The notes: a model not told the origin generated them from the letters alone. DNA of 64,000 nt from an uncultured Actinomycetes bacterium (GCA_963706025.1 CAVPLM010000005.1:64001-128000); one strand, 5' to 3'; positions 48,643-60,682 are shown, counted from the first letter of the stretch. Numbers and translations are program-made.

Positions 48643-51186
48643 CTCAGACGGCGGTCCAGCTTCGCTTCGAAGAAATCCTCTCGAGGATCCGGCAGCCCGC
48701 CAGACTGATAGGCGAAGAATTCGGAGCCGGTCCCGGCTTCGCGGGGTTTCCCGGCGAACTTCGCGTCGTGCTGGGTTTTCCGGACACTTACGAGATCGGT
48801 ATCTCCAACCAGGCCATCCAGATCCTCTATCACCTCGCGCGAGAGATGGAGGGAATAGCGGTCGAGCGCACCTATCTGCCTTGGATCGACGCCATCACCG
48901 AGATGAGGCGGCAGGGAGTCCCGCTCTTGACCCTCGAAACCTGGAGCCCGGTGCGGGAGGCCGACTTACTCGGGCTGACGCTCCAGCACGAGTTCAACTA
49001 CTCCAACCTGCTCGAGATGCTCGACCTGGCGGGTATCCCGCTGCTTGCCCGCGAGAGGACAGAAGCGGATCCTATCGTGCTGGCGGGCGGTCCGGCCTGT
49101 GGCCGACTTCCTGCCCTTGAGCCGGTTCCTGGACGCCGTGGCCGTTGGCGACGGTGAGGAGTTGTTCCCCGAGATCCTTCACGCTCTCGTGGAGAGCAAG
49201 AGCTGGGGAGGCCCGCGAGCCGAAGTGAAGCGGCAACTCGCGCTGATCGAGGGAGTCTACGTGCCCGGTCTGAGCGCCACCGTCACTCGGAGAGGCCTGC
49301 CCCGGCTTGCAGGCGCTCCCTATCCGGAGTCTTGTCTCGTGCCTCTGACGGCCGGGGTGCACGATCGCGCCTGGGTGGAGATCATGCGCGGCTGCACCCG
49401 GGGCTGCCGCTTCTGCCAAGCGGGTATGTGGTACAGGCCGGTGCGGGAGCGGTCGCCGGTCGAAATCGTGACGATGGCCGGCGCCCAGTTCGCAAGCAGC
49501 GGCCATCAGGAACTGGCTTTGGCCTCGCTCTCGACCACGGACTACTCGCGACTCGGTGAGCTGCTGGCGGAGACGGTGCGGTCGTATCCTGACGTCAAAG
49601 TGTCGCTGCCTTCGCTGCGGGTGGACAGCGCGGCGGTGAGGCTCGCACAGTTGGCGTCTCCCACGGGGCCTTCGCTAACGTTGGCCCCGGAGGCGGGCAG
49701 CCAGCGCATGTGGGACATCATCAACAAGAACGTGACCGAGGCGGACGTTCTGGCGGCCGCCGAGGAGGCCCTGCGGTCGGGACGGACCACTCTCAAGCTC
49801 TATTTCATGATCGGGCTGCCGCTGGAAACGGAGGCCGACGTCATGGCCATCGCCGATCTGTGTCTGCGCGTGCGCGACCTGGGCCGACGCGTGTTGGGGG
49901 CCCGGGCGGGGCGGCTGCAGCTCAACGTGAGCGTCAACAACTTCGTACCCAAGCCTTTCACTCCGTTCCAATGGGCCGGCATGGCCGACCGCGACACCCT
50001 GGCCCGTCGGCAGGACCTGCTGCGTTCACGGCTGCGGAAGCCGGGCGTGAAGCTCACCCTGCATGGGGTGGACAAGAGCTACCTGGAGGCGGCCCTAGCC
50101 CGAGGCGGGGAGGAGATGGGCGAGGTCATTGAGGAAGCCTGGCGGCGAGGGGCCCGCTTCGACTCCTGGACCGAGCAGTTCCGCGGTGACGCCTGGGCCG
50201 AGGCGCTGGCGGGCGCCGGCACGTCGGCCGAGCGCCTGGCCACGACCCCGATCCCGCGAGATTCGCCTTTACCTTGGGAGGTCATCAGAGGTGTCGTGGA
50301 CCGGGACTTCCTCTTGGAGGAGTGGAAGCGAGCCGTGGATGGTGCAGTCACAGCGGACTGCCGGTGGGAGGGTTGCAGCGCCTGTGGGGCATGCCCGGAT
50401 TCCCCGGCGAACGACCTGGCTGCGCCGTCCGGCCGGCCGGTGGAGGCGGCCGGAGACCCGGCCGCCATCGAACAGGCTGCCCCCCAGCAACACGGTCCCC
50501 GAGGTCAGACCCAGCGGCGGCGGTACCTACTCGCTTTCTCGGTCACAGGAAAGGGCCGGTTCGTAGGGCATCTGGACCGGGTAGAGATCTTCCGGCGGGC
50601 GGTGAGGAAGGCCGGGGGACGGTTGGCCCTCTCTGAAGGCATGCGTCCCAAGCCTCTCCTCAGTCTGGCTCTTCCCTTGGCCGTGGGATGGGAGGGTGTC
50701 CAGGAGTTGTGCGAGTTCGAACTGGCCGAAGAGCCGCCGCCGCTGTTCTTCCAGCGGCTCAGCTCAGTGGTGCCTGCGCACATGCGACTGCTCTCGCTTG
50801 CTCCACACGAGGCGCTGCGTTCGCTCCCCGCGCGAGTGGTCGGGGCGGTGTACGAGGTCCGGATACGCGTGCTGTCTCCTGGACCAGGTGCGGGTCCCGA
50901 ATCGGGCCTACTGCTGTCCGATGCCTCCGAGCGCTTCGAACGAGCTCCTGCGCTGGTGGTGGAAGAGAGGCGAGAGGGGAGGGTCCGCAACCTCGATGTC
51001 AAAGCCTACGTCGACCGCCTCAGGGTGGAGACAGGCGAGCAGGAGGTGCATACCCTGACGTTCAGGGCCGCGGTCACACCTTCGGGCACCGCCCGCCCGG
51101 AACGCATCGTCGAAGCCATGAGTGCCCTGACCGGCCTGGAGCTTGGCATCGTACAGATCATCCGAACGGAGATCGAGCTCGTATGA
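48639..51186 (+). CDS. TIGR03960-type radical SAM protein fused to a TIGR03936 radical-SAM-linked domain; apparent frameshift near 49101
   Basis: FPDTYEIG.SN, CTRGCRFC, SLPSLR, APEAGS and FVPKP.TPFQW; C-terminal GHLD..FRRA.R..SEG.RPKP.LS. Confidence 0.85.
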
Positions 51187-52629
51187 AACAGCTTCTCATC
51201 TCCCGTGACGCTTTGGAGACTCGCGTCGCCCTGCTCGAGGAAGGACGGTTGGCTGAACTCTACCTGGAACGTCCGGGGCACCTCTCTCTGGTGGGCAACA
51301 TCTACAAGGGGAGGGTGGAGAACGTCTTGGCCGGGATGGACGCGGCCTTCGTGGATATCGGTCTGGAGCGCAACGGGTTCCTCTATGTGGACGAAGTCGC
51401 ACCCCCCGACGGAGGGGCGGGGCAGACTCGAAAGATCACCAACTTGCTACGGGGCGGGAAAGAGCTGCTCGTCCAAGTGACCCGCGACGCTATGGGAGGC
51501 AAGGGTCCGCGGCTGACCACGCAGCTTGGACTTGCCGGCCGCTACGTCGTCTATCTACCGCAGGCCGCGACCTCAGGAGTATCTCGTCGGCTGGACGACC
51601 CGGAGCGGGAGCGGTTGCGTGATATCTGCCGGGAACTCAAGCCCGACCGCGGAGGGTTGATCGTCCGCACTGCGGCCGAAGGCGTAGGGGAAGAGGCCGT
51701 CGAGCGGGACCTGCGCTTCTTGCAGAGGGTCTGGGACGGGGTCGAACGCCGCGCTCTTGCGTCCCGGGCGCCATCCCTCGTGTATACGGAGGTAGAGGTG
51801 GCCATGCGCGCGGTGCGCGATCTTCTGGGCGCCGAGTTCGGCGGCGTGCTGGTAGACGACGAGAAGCTTCATCGCCGCCTGGTGAACTACCTTAGAGCCG
51901 CTGCCCCTGAGTTGGCGGGGCGAGTGGAGCTCTACGAGGAGCCGGTGTCGCTCTTCGAGCGTTTTGGCCTCGAGCAAAGAGGCGCAGAAGGCGCTGGTCC
52001 GCCGCGTAGAGCTGCCTTCGGGCGGATACATCGTGATCGACCACACCGAGGCGATGACCGTGGTCGACGTGAACACCGGCCGCTACGTAGGTCGGCGATT
52101 CCTGGAAGAGACAACCCTCAAGACCAACCTGGAAGCCTGCAGGGAGATCGTCCGCCAGCTGCGGCTGCGGGACATCGGAGGCATCATCGTCATCGATTTC
52201 ATCGACATGACCGCTCGAGCCAACAGGGAGGCCGTGCTATCGGCTCTGGAGGCCGAACTGGCTCAGGACCGTACCAAGACCTACGTGGTCGAGATCTCAC
52301 CCCTGGGTTTGGTAGAGATGACCCGTCAGAACGTCACCCGAGGGTTGCGCGAGGCGATGACCTGCACGTGCCCGGTCTGTCACGGAGAAGGACGGGTGAT
52401 CTCCGAGGAATCCGCGCTTATCGAAGTTGAACGACGCCTACGGAGCCTGGCGCTAGCGGCCACTCTCCAGGGACTAAGGGTAGAGGTGCATCCGCGGATA
52501 GCGGTGCTCCTGCTGGGAGGACGGAGTCCGCGCATACGGAAGCTCGAGGCGCTCACCGGGCGTCAATTCTTCGTGGATGCCGCCGGTGAAGGCGTTCCCC
52601 TCGACTACCTGACCGTCGCACCGGACTAG
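51183..52629 (+). CDS. rng: ribonuclease E/G family; apparent frameshift near 51977
   Basis: GNIYKGRV..V..GMDAAFVDIG (S1), VVDVNTG and LRDIGGIIVIDFIDM. Confidence 0.93.
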
Positions 52630-52649
52630 TGGTCTCCCACGGGCAGGCT

Positions 52650-52658
52650 TGCTATACT
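52650..52658 (+). promoter_or_regulatory. extended -10 promoter for rplU-rpmA
   Basis: TGcTATACT followed by a GC hairpin GGCCGCG-CCG-CGCGGCC. Confidence 0.6.
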
Positions 52659-52721
52659 GCCTTGCTCGCGGCCGCGCCGCGCGGCCCGTGCAGCAAGGTA
52701 TGAGAACGCGAGGTACTTCAG

Positions 52722-53024
52722 ATGTTCGCTATCGTCGTGATCGGCGGCAAGCAGTACCGTGTAGAAGAGGGACGGGAGGTCGTGGTCGACCGCCTCGACG
52801 CTGCCGAAGGGACGACAGTCGAGTTCCAACCTCTGCTGGTGGCTGACGGCAAGAAGGTCAGACTGGCAGGGGGAGGCAAGGAAGCCACGGTCACGGCCCG
52901 GGTCGTGGAGCATTTTCGGGGACCCAAGATCACCATCTCGAGATTCAAGCCCAAGCGGGGCTGGCGCAAGAAGACCGGCTTCCGCTCGGGGCTTACTCGT
53001 CTCGAGGTGCAGAAGATCTCTTAG
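52722..53024 (+). CDS. rplU: 50S ribosomal protein L21
   Basis: [14 protein letters not shown]. Confidence 0.97.
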   Translation: MFAIVVIGGKQYRVEEGREVVVDRLDAAEGTTVEFQPLLVADGKKVRLAGGGKEATVTARVVEHFRGPKITISRFKPKRGWRKKTGFRSGLTRLEVQKIS

Positions 53025-53037
53025 GAAGGAACTAGAG

Positions 53038-53289
53038 ATGGCTCACAAGAAAGGCGGCGGCAGTTCCAGGAACGGCCGTGATTCCAACGCCCAGCGTCTG
53101 GGCGTGAAGGCGTTTGCCGGCGAGACGGTCAAGGCCGGCGCCATCCTGGTGCGCCAGCGTGGCACTCGCTTCCGCCCGGGCCTCAACGTAGGCATTGGCT
53201 CTGACGACACCCTGTTTGCGAAAGCCGCCGGTCGGGTGGTCTTCGCCAAAGGCAGAGTGGGGCGCGTCGTCAGCATCCTCGCCGAGTAA
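53038..53289 (+). CDS. rpmA: 50S ribosomal protein L27
   Basis: [16 protein letters not shown]. Confidence 0.98.
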   Translation: MAHKKGGGSSRNGRDSNAQRLGVKAFAGETVKAGAILVRQRGTRFRPGLNVGIGSDDTLFAKAAGRVVFAKGRVGRVVSILAE

Positions 53290-53337
53290 CGGCCTCTCGA
53301 TCATCCACGGCTGGGCTCGCCTCCTCCGGGGCCGTCC

Positions 53338-54758
53338 ATGTTCTTCGATCAGGCAAAGATCCATGTGGCGGCCGGGAACGGCGGGAACGGCTGCGTTTCT
53401 TTCCGCCGAGAGAAGCACGTTCCTCGCGGTGGACCGGATGGAGGTGACGGTGGCCGCGGTGGCGATGTCATCGTGGTCTCCGACCCGCAGCCGCGCGATC
53501 TGCAGCAGTTCACTTACAAGATCCACTTCAAGGCCGGTGTGGGCCAGGCCGGACAGGGTGCCCGCAAGCATGGCGCGGCCGGGGAAACGATCTACATCCG
53601 GGTGCCCCTCGGCACGCAGGTCTGGGCCGAAGACCGACTGATCGCCGACCTGGTTGAAGCCGGCAGAGAGACGCTCGTCGCCCGCGGCGGCAGCGGCGGC
53701 CGGGGCAATGCTCGTTTCACGAGTTCCGTGCGCCAGGCCCCCAAGTTCGCCGAACTGGGCGAGGAAGGCGAGAGCCTCTGGTTGCGGCTCACGCTCAAGC
53801 TCATGGCCGATGCCGGGCTGGCCGGACTGCCGAACGCGGGCAAATCCTCTCTGCTCCGCCGCCTGTCCAACGCCAAACCCAAAGTGGCTGCCTATCCGTT
53901 CACCACCGTCGAACCGATGTTGGGAGTGGTCGACTGGTCGGGTGAGGGGGATTCTTTCGTCCTGGCCGATGTCCCCGGGCTTCTCGAGGGGGCCAGCCTC
54001 GGTGTCGGCCTGGGTCACGAGTTCTTGTCCCATCTGGAACGGTGCCAACTGATCCTACACGTGGTAGATCTGACCGGCTACTACGGGTCCGAACCCCTGG
54101 ACGGATTCCGGATCATCCTCGCGCGAGTTGGACGCCCACGGTCTCGGACTTGGGCAAGAAGCCCCAGGTAGTCCTCCTGAACAAGACCGACGCTGTTTCG
54201 TCCGACGTGGTCGCGGAACAGACGGCGGTCTTCCGAGCAGAGATCGCCCGCCTTCGCAGTGATGGCCACCCGGCCTTCTCAGGCAGTGCGGGAGCGGGGG
54301 AAGTCCCGGTCGAACGCCTCGTATGGCCTATCTCGGCCTTGACCGGTGTGGGGCTGACGCCCTTGATCCGCTGGATCGGGCCGCTCTTGCGCGACCTGTC
54401 GGCACAGCAGGCGGCGGAGCAGCTTCGAGAGTCCGCCACGTCTTCGGCGAAGGCCGGGCGGACTCCCGGGGCTCCGGGCGAGGTGGTGACGGCTGGAGAG
54501 GGCGGCGGGCACGTCACCTATCGACCCCTGGGGGCGGCTGCCAGAGCCTTCACCGTGCGCCGGGAGAAAGGGATGTTCGTGGTCGAGGGCCGCGCTGTTC
54601 AGCGCCTGGTGAGCAGGTTCGATCTGACCGATGGAGAAGCTATCCGGTATCTTGGGGAGCGGCTCGACCGGTTGGGGGTGTATGCTGCACTGCGCGCCCA
54701 AGGGGCTCAGCCGGGCGACGATGTAGAGATCGCAGGGCACGCTTTCGAGTTCCAGTAG
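53338..54758 (+). CDS. obg: GTPase Obg with C-terminal OCT domain; two apparent insertions near 54121 and 54140
   Basis: GGPDGGDGGRGG, GLPNAGKSS, YPFTT, D.PG, NKTD and a C-terminal G...GDDVEI...FEF. Confidence 0.95.
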
Positions 54759-54768
54759 AGGTGAGTGG

Positions 54769-55878
54769 ATGGCGGGCAAGCGCTCAGGCAAGACGGTAGT
54801 CGTCAAGATCGGTTCCAGCACGCTCACCAGTGAGCGGGGCACCTTCCGCCTGGACCCGGTCGCCGGTCTTGTGGCGGAGGTCTGCGAGCTGCAGGCGCAA
54901 GGGAATCGGATGCTGCTCGTCTCCTCAGGTGCCGTATCGTCCGGCATGGGAGTGCTCAGGCGCAAACGCCGGCCGGTGGAAGTGGTGGACTTGCAGGCCG
55001 CCGCGGCCGTGGGCCAGGGCCGCCTGTTCCACATCTACACTGAGCTGTTCGCCCACGAGGAAGTGATCACGGCCCAGGTGCTGCTCACGGCCTTCGATGT
55101 GGCGGCGCGCACGCAGTATCTGAACGCCCGCAACACCTTGAGACGGTTGCTGGACTGGAAAGTGGTGCCGATAATCAACGAGAACGACACCACGTCGACC
55201 GACGAGCTCTGCTTCGGCGACAACGATGCTCTGGCGGCGCAGGTGGCGCTGCTGGTCAAAGCCGACATGCTGATACTCCTCACAGACACGGACGGACTGT
55301 TCACCGCCGATCCCAAAGAGGACACCGGCGCCCTCCTCATCGAGACGATCGACGATCTGAGCCAACTGGAGTGTGTGCGGATCGGTCCGATCGGGTCGTT
55401 TGGGTCGGGAGGCATGGGGAGCAAGGTCAACAGCGCTCGAATAGCCACGAGCGGTGGAGTGGAGACCGTGATCGCTCGGGGGACTCTGCCGGGGGTCGTC
55501 AAGGCCTGTCTGGCCGGCGACCAAGTCGGTACTCGGTTCTCGGCGCGGCCCCTGGGTCTGCCCGACTACAAGCTGTGGCTTCTCTACGGCAAGCCGGCTC
55601 GAGGCAGAGTCGTCGTGGATGAAGGCGCTGCCCGGGCACTACGGGGCAAAGGGAGCCTGCTGCCCGTGGGCGTGATAGCCGCGGAGGGCGATTTCGCGGC
55701 GGGAGACGCGGTCACGGTGGTCGACGAGACCGGCACCGAATTGGCCAAGGGCCTGGCCAGCTACTCGAGAGAGGAGTTGGACCGGGTGAAGGGACTCCAC
55801 AGCAGCAAGGTGGCAAAAGTGCTTCCCCAGGCCTCTCCGGAGGCCATCCACAGGGACTATCTCGTGTTGGTATGTTGA
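54769..55878 (+). CDS. proB: glutamate 5-kinase
   Basis: VVKIGSS, INENDT, FGDND, GSGGM.SK and a PUA domain. Confidence 0.97.
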   Translation: MAGKRSGKTVVVKIGSSTLTSERGTFRLDPVAGLVAEVCELQAQGNRMLLVSSGAVSSGMGVLRRKRRPVEVVDLQAAAAVGQGRLFHIYTELFAHEEVITAQVLLTAFDVAARTQYLNARNTLRRLLDWKVVPIINENDTTSTDELCFGDNDALAAQVALLVKADMLILLTDTDGLFTADPKEDTGALLIETIDDLSQLECVRIGPIGSFGSGGMGSKVNSARIATSGGVETVIARGTLPGVVKACLAGDQVGTRFSARPLGLPDYKLWLLYGKPARGRVVVDEGAARALRGKGSLLPVGVIAAEGDFAAGDAVTVVDETGTELAKGLASYSREELDRVKGLHSSKVAKVLPQASPEAIHRDYLVLVC

Positions 55879-55894
55879 CGGACTTGGAGGCGAA

Positions 55895-57148
55895 TTGAAG
55901 ACAAGAGAGCTTGCCACGAACGCCAAGCGGGCTTCTCGCCGGTTGGCCTTGGCCTCTTCCGCTGAGAAGAACCGAGCCCTGGTGGCCATGGCGGATGCAC
56001 TCGCGCGCCGCTCGGAGGAGATCCTGGTCGAGAACGCGAAAGACGTGATCGAGGGTCGGAAGAAAGGCCTTTCTTCCGCCCTCATCGACCGCCTGATGCT
56101 CGACGAACAGCGCCTGCAGGGCATCGCCCGAAGTCTGTTGGACATCGCCGCGCTTCCGGATCCGGTGGGCCAGGTGGTCGAAGGCTGGCGGACCCCGGAG
56201 GGTCTGCAGATAGAGAAGGTACGCGTGCCGTTCGGGGTCATCGCAGTGGTCTACGAAGCCCGCCCCAACGTCACCGTCGATGCCGCTGCTCTTTGCCTCA
56301 AGACCGGCAATTCCGTCGTTTTGCGCGGAGGCAGCGACGCCTACCGCTCCAACCGGATCCTGGCGGAGGTCATCACCGGGGCGGCTCTTGAAGCAGGCCT
56401 GCCCGGCGATTGCATCCAGTTCGTGGCCAACAAGGACCGGGCGGCCCTCGTGGAGCTTCTCCAACTCCGGGACCAGATCGATCTGGTCATACCTCGAGGC
56501 GGCGAAGCCCTCAAGGAGTTCTTACTCGAGCATTCCAAGATCCCCGTGATATACGCTGCGGGGGGAAACTGTCACGTCTACGTGGACAAGGCCGCAGATC
56601 TCAGACAGGCCTTGGAGATCACCGTCAATGCCAAGTGCCAGCGGCCGGGAGTGTGCAATGCCGCGGAGACCCTGCTCGTGCATGAGGAGGTCGCGGCCGA
56701 TTTTCTCCCTGTAGCCTTGAAGGCACTGCACGAACGGAAGGTGAGACTCCACGTCGATGCCCGGACGCGCGAGATCCTGGGAGAGACCGAGATCAAACTG
56801 CTGCGGGCTACAGACAAGCATTACGCCACGGAATTCCTCGACCTGGAGATGGCGGTGAAGGTGGTCGAAGAGCTCGAGCAGGCCGTCGAGCACATCTCAC
56901 AGTACGGTACGGGTCATTCGGAGGCGATCGTCACGCAAGATCTGGAGACGAGCCGCCGGTTCGCCGAGGCGGTAGACGCAGCCGTGATCTACATCAACGC
57001 TTCCACCCGGTTCACCGATGGCGCGGTGTTCGGTCTGGGCGCTGAGATCGGCATCTCCACGCAGAAACTGCATGCCCGAGGTCCATTGGCCCTCCGGGAG
57101 CTGACGTCGACCAAGTACGTGGTGACCGGAAGAGGCCACATTCGCTAG
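55895..57148 (+). CDS. proA: gamma-glutamyl phosphate reductase
   Basis: YEARPNVT, VCNAAETLL, NASTRFTDG and ISTQKLHARGP. Confidence 0.97.
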   Translation: MKTRELATNAKRASRRLALASSAEKNRALVAMADALARRSEEILVENAKDVIEGRKKGLSSALIDRLMLDEQRLQGIARSLLDIAALPDPVGQVVEGWRTPEGLQIEKVRVPFGVIAVVYEARPNVTVDAAALCLKTGNSVVLRGGSDAYRSNRILAEVITGAALEAGLPGDCIQFVANKDRAALVELLQLRDQIDLVIPRGGEALKEFLLEHSKIPVIYAAGGNCHVYVDKAADLRQALEITVNAKCQRPGVCNAAETLLVHEEVAADFLPVALKALHERKVRLHVDARTREILGETEIKLLRATDKHYATEFLDLEMAVKVVEELEQAVEHISQYGTGHSEAIVTQDLETSRRFAEAVDAAVIYINASTRFTDGAVFGLGAEIGISTQKLHARGPLALRELTSTKYVVTGRGHIR

Positions 57149-57184
57149 CTCCCTGGCTGATCAGCCTGGGATGGCGGAGGAACT

Positions 57185-57886
57185 ATGGATGAGCAAGACC
57201 CTCTCTACCGGCTGAGCGGATGCTCCGGGATGCGCCTGGGGATCATGGGAGGCGCGTTCGACCCGATCCACATCGCGCACCTGGTCACGGCCGAGGAGGC
57301 CTTGATGCAGTTCGGCCTCGATGAGGTGGTCTTCATGCCGGCGGGCAATCCTCCTCACAAGACCCGGCGGTTGGCTCCCGCGGAGTTCCGCTATCTGCTC
57401 GCCTGCGTGGCCACTGCCAGCCACCCTCGTTTCTCAGTCTCGCGTTATGAGGTCGACCGCGAGCAGGTGGGCTATACCGTGGACACCCTTGAACATGTGG
57501 CCGCCACCTTCGGCGCGGAGACCGAGGTATTCTTCATCACCGGGGCGGATGCCGTGCTCGACATCCTCACCTGGAAAGCCCCGGCCAGGGTGTTGGAGCT
57601 GTGCACTTTGATAGCGGCTACCCGCCCGGGTCATGACCTTTCTCGTCTCTCCGGCGTGTTCGAGAGACTGGGTCTCGGGGTAGCCGGCGCCGGTCCTGAG
57701 GTTCGGGTGAAAGTGATGGAGATCCCGGCGCTGGCGGTCTCTTCCAGCATGATCCGCGAGCGTTTGGCCTCCGGCAAGCCGATCCGCTATCTAGTCCCCG
57801 ACGCGGTGGCACAGCTCATCGACAAAGCGGGCTTCTACTCCGCGCCCACTTCTCGACCCGCTGCCGGGAGTGATGGCCGGCTGTGA
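57185..57886 (+). CDS. nadD: nicotinate-nucleotide adenylyltransferase
   Basis: GGAFDPIHIAH, ITGADA and VSSSMIR. Confidence 0.96.
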   Translation: MDEQDPLYRLSGCSGMRLGIMGGAFDPIHIAHLVTAEEALMQFGLDEVVFMPAGNPPHKTRRLAPAEFRYLLACVATASHPRFSVSRYEVDREQVGYTVDTLEHVAATFGAETEVFFITGADAVLDILTWKAPARVLELCTLIAATRPGHDLSRLSGVFERLGLGVAGAGPEVRVKVMEIPALAVSSSMIRERLASGKPIRYLVPDAVAQLIDKAGFYSAPTSRPAAGSDGRL

Positions 57887-59043
57887 GCGCCGAGACAGGA
57901 TCCACGGAGCGCCCCTCTTCCACGGAGGGCCCCTCTTCCACGGAACGCCGGTCCGAGACCGGATCCCCTCACCGAGCGGAGCGCCGTTCCGCCCGCCGGG
58001 CTGTCCGTCGCCGAAAGGCGATGACCCGGCTGTCGTTCGTGGCCGGGCCGATAGTCGTCGTGATCTTGGTGATCGTGGCTCTGTTGGTGTTCTTGGGCGG
58101 TCCGGAGAGCACCAGCGGGGCTGAGACCACCACGACGACAGTGGGAGCGAGCCCTGTCAAGGGGAGCAGCATGCTGTTCATCGAGCAGGGAGAGACGGTG
58201 TCGGTCGTAGTGGTACTGCTCCCCGAAGAGGAGGGTGGCCTTGCCCTCGCGATGCCGGGGAACATGCTTCTTAAGACGGGGGAGAGCGGCTTCAAGACCC
58301 TGGCGGAGCTCCACGCTTCGAACCAGGATGAGGCACTGAGGGAGGGGCTCGCTCGAGACCTGGCCCTGGAGATCGGAGCAACCGCCTCGGTGCAGTGGTC
58401 GGAGCTGCGGGAGGCACTCGCCGAGATGGGGAAAGCCGGCTCCTTGCCCACCGAACTGCAGGCCACCGAGGAAGACGCCGCCGATGCCGCCGGGGCCGCG
58501 CTGACCATCCTTGGCGCTTCCGGCGCAGGGGAGGGGGCCGCCGTCTGGGACCAGGTGGAGATAGCTGGGGACCCAGAGGGTTTTCGGGCCGCCGTGGGAC
58601 TCTTGGGTGAATCGATTTCTGAGGGCGGTTGGACGGAGGAGGTACTCCCTGGAAAGGTCGTGGAAGGCGTGGGGTTCGAGTTCTTCGAGCCGGACCTGGG
58701 GCAGTCCAGGGCCTTGCTCGCCGGCGAGAGCGCAGGTGCGGTCATCACCGTCGAGGTGCAGAACGGCTCCGGCGTGGTGGGTGTCGCCCAGCAGGTGGGA
58801 GCGATGCTGGAACCCCTGGGCTACGATCTGCTTCCTTTTCGTAATGCGGATGACTTTCCCGATGTGAAGTCGACCCGGATCATCACCGCCCCGGATGCGA
58901 GCGCTGAGGCTCAGCGCGTGCAAGAGGCCCTGGGGGTGGGTAGGATCGAGCAAGACGACTCTCTGGATCCAGGGCGCGTTATCGTGGTGGTGGGCAAGGA
59001 CTTCATCCCTCCGGCTTCCGCTGAGACCGAGCCGACGGGCTAG
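57883..59043 (+). CDS. membrane protein with a degenerate LCP region and a LytR C-terminal domain
   Basis: Basic N-terminus, one TM helix, and VEVQNGSGVVGVA...GY...NAD...VVVGKDF. Confidence 0.8.
   Translation: MSAETGSTERPSSTEGPSSTERRSETGSPHRAERRSARRAVRRRKAMTRLSFVAGPIVVVILVIVALLVFLGGPESTSGAETTTTTVGASPVKGSSMLFIEQGETVSVVVVLLPEEEGGLALAMPGNMLLKTGESGFKTLAELHASNQDEALREGLARDLALEIGATASVQWSELREALAEMGKAGSLPTELQATEEDAADAAGAALTILGASGAGEGAAVWDQVEIAGDPEGFRAAVGLLGESISEGGWTEEVLPGKVVEGVGFEFFEPDLGQSRALLAGESAGAVITVEVQNGSGVVGVAQQVGAMLEPLGYDLLPFRNADDFPDVKSTRIITAPDASAEAQRVQEALGVGRIEQDDSLDPGRVIVVVGKDFIPPASAETEPTG
57901..57948 (+). repeat. about three copies of an 18-bp tandem unit
   Basis: TCCACGGAGSGCCCCTCT encoding STERPSSTEGPSSTER. 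Confidence 0.7.
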
Positions 59044-59052
59044 GAGGCGGCG

Positions 59053-59853
59053 ATGGACCGAGGACGGATCGACCCCAACGACCTCACTGACCCTCTCTAT
59101 CGCTACAGTAGGCAAATGCTGGTCTCGCGGATAGGTCGAGAAGGTCAGGAGAAGCTGGCCGCCGCTCGGGTCGGACTGGTCGGTTGCGGGGCACTGGGCT
59201 CGGTCATTGCCAATCATCTCGTTCGTGCGGGGATAGGCCGAGTTCGCATCGCCGATCGAGACTATCCGGAACTGCATAACCTGCATCGGCAGGTCCTCTT
59301 CACCGAGGACGATGTGGCTCGCCGCACTCCCAAGGTGGAAGCAGCAGCGGCCCATCTGCGGGCGATCAACAGCGACGTGTCGGTGGAGCCGTTGCAGGTG
59401 ACCATCGACCCGGATACCTTGCCCGCTTTCGCCGCCGGTCTCGACCTCCTGGTGGACGGGACCGACAATTTCCCCACTCGGTTCGCATTGAACGACTACG
59501 CGGTCGGCCGAGGCATGCCGTGGGTGTATGGCGGTGTGATCGGGTCAAGCGGCATGACGATGACCATCATCCCGGGCGACGGGCCTTGCCTGCGCTGCCT
59601 GATCCGCGACCTGCCCGATCGCGAGCAGACGCCGACTGCCGATGTGGCTGGGGTGCTGAACACCGTGGTGGCGGTGATAGCTAGTGTGGAGGCCACCGAG
59701 GTGATCAAGCTGCTGGTAGAGCCGGAGGCACGGAGCCGCCATCTGCTGGTGCTGGATCTCTGGGATCTCACGTTCGACAAGCTGGAGGTGGCCCGGGACC
59801 CGGATTGTGTCTGCTGCGGTCCCCGAGTCTCGATGGGCGCTGATGGACGATAA
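59053..59853 (+). CDS. ThiF/MoeB family adenylyltransferase
   Basis: RYSRQ, VGCGALG, D.D..E..NL.RQ, DGTDNF.TR, and zinc ligands CLRC/CVCC. Confidence 0.92.
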   Translation: MDRGRIDPNDLTDPLYRYSRQMLVSRIGREGQEKLAAARVGLVGCGALGSVIANHLVRAGIGRVRIADRDYPELHNLHRQVLFTEDDVARRTPKVEAAAAHLRAINSDVSVEPLQVTIDPDTLPAFAAGLDLLVDGTDNFPTRFALNDYAVGRGMPWVYGGVIGSSGMTMTIIPGDGPCLRCLIRDLPDREQTPTADVAGVLNTVVAVIASVEATEVIKLLVEPEARSRHLLVLDLWDLTFDKLEVARDPDCVCCGPRVSMGADGR

Positions 59854-60682
59854 CCGGCCGGCTTTGGGCAAAGCCCGGGCCCTTATCCGGGATGCGGGCT
59901 CGATGCTGGTGGCCTTCTCAGGCGGAGTGGACTCCACGTTGCTCCTCCGACTGGCCCTCGACGAACTGGGTCCCAGACGCGTACTCGCCGTCACTGCTCA
60001 CGGTGACGTGCACACTGCCGACGAGCTGGAGGCTGCCCGGGAGATGGCCGCCTGCCTGGGGGCCAGACACGTGATCATCACCACCCACGAGCTGGCGGTG
60101 CCGGGCTTCGCCGCCAATCCCCCGGAACGCTGCTATCTCTGTCGCCGGTCGATGTACGGCAGGCTGATCGAGTTGGCCCAGCAAGAAGGGATGCGGGCGG
60201 TCGCCGATGGCGCGAACCGCGACGACCAGGCGGACTACAGGCCGGGGATCAGAGCGGGAGAGGAGCTTGGAGTCCTCAGCCCCCTGGCCGAAGCGGGGAT
60301 GGGAAAGCAGGAAGTCCGCGAGGTGGCGCGCGAACTTGGGCTGCCCAACTGGTCTCTTCCCGCCTCGCCCTGTCTCTCATCCCGGTTCCCCTATGGCGAG
60401 GAGATCACAGCGACCGGCCTCCGGGTCGTGGCAGCCGCTGAGCGATGCCTGCGGGAGCTTGGCTTCGGCGTCTGCCGCGTCCGGCACCATGGGGATCTGG
60501 CCCGGGTCGAGGTGCCTGTCGATGACATCCCCCAAGTGGTCGAAGGATCCGGGCGGCGTGCTATCGTAAGTTGCCTGCGCAAGCTTGGCTATGCGTATGT
60601 GGCTCTGGATCTGGAGGGCTTCAGGAGCGGCAGCCTGAACGAGGTGCTCGGGGCGAGGGCCAGAACTGAGGAGGAGGAATGA
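59843..60682 (+). CDS. larE: LarE-family ATP-dependent sulfur transferase
   Basis: PP-loop [39 protein letters not shown] and GFRSGSLN. Confidence 0.9.
   Translation: MDDNRPALGKARALIRDAGSMLVAFSGGVDSTLLLRLALDELGPRRVLAVTAHGDVHTADELEAAREMAACLGARHVIITTHELAVPGFAANPPERCYLCRRSMYGRLIELAQQEGMRAVADGANRDDQADYRPGIRAGEELGVLSPLAEAGMGKQEVREVARELGLPNWSLPASPCLSSRFPYGEEITATGLRVVAAAERCLRELGFGVCRVRHHGDLARVEVPVDDIPQVVEGSGRRAIVSCLRKLGYAYVALDLEGFRSGSLNEVLGARARTEEEE

Noticed and set aside
52659-52699. L21 leader RNA
   Set aside because: A hairpin is present, but its outer arm starts right after the -10 and may not be fully transcribed; no family match can be supported by eye.
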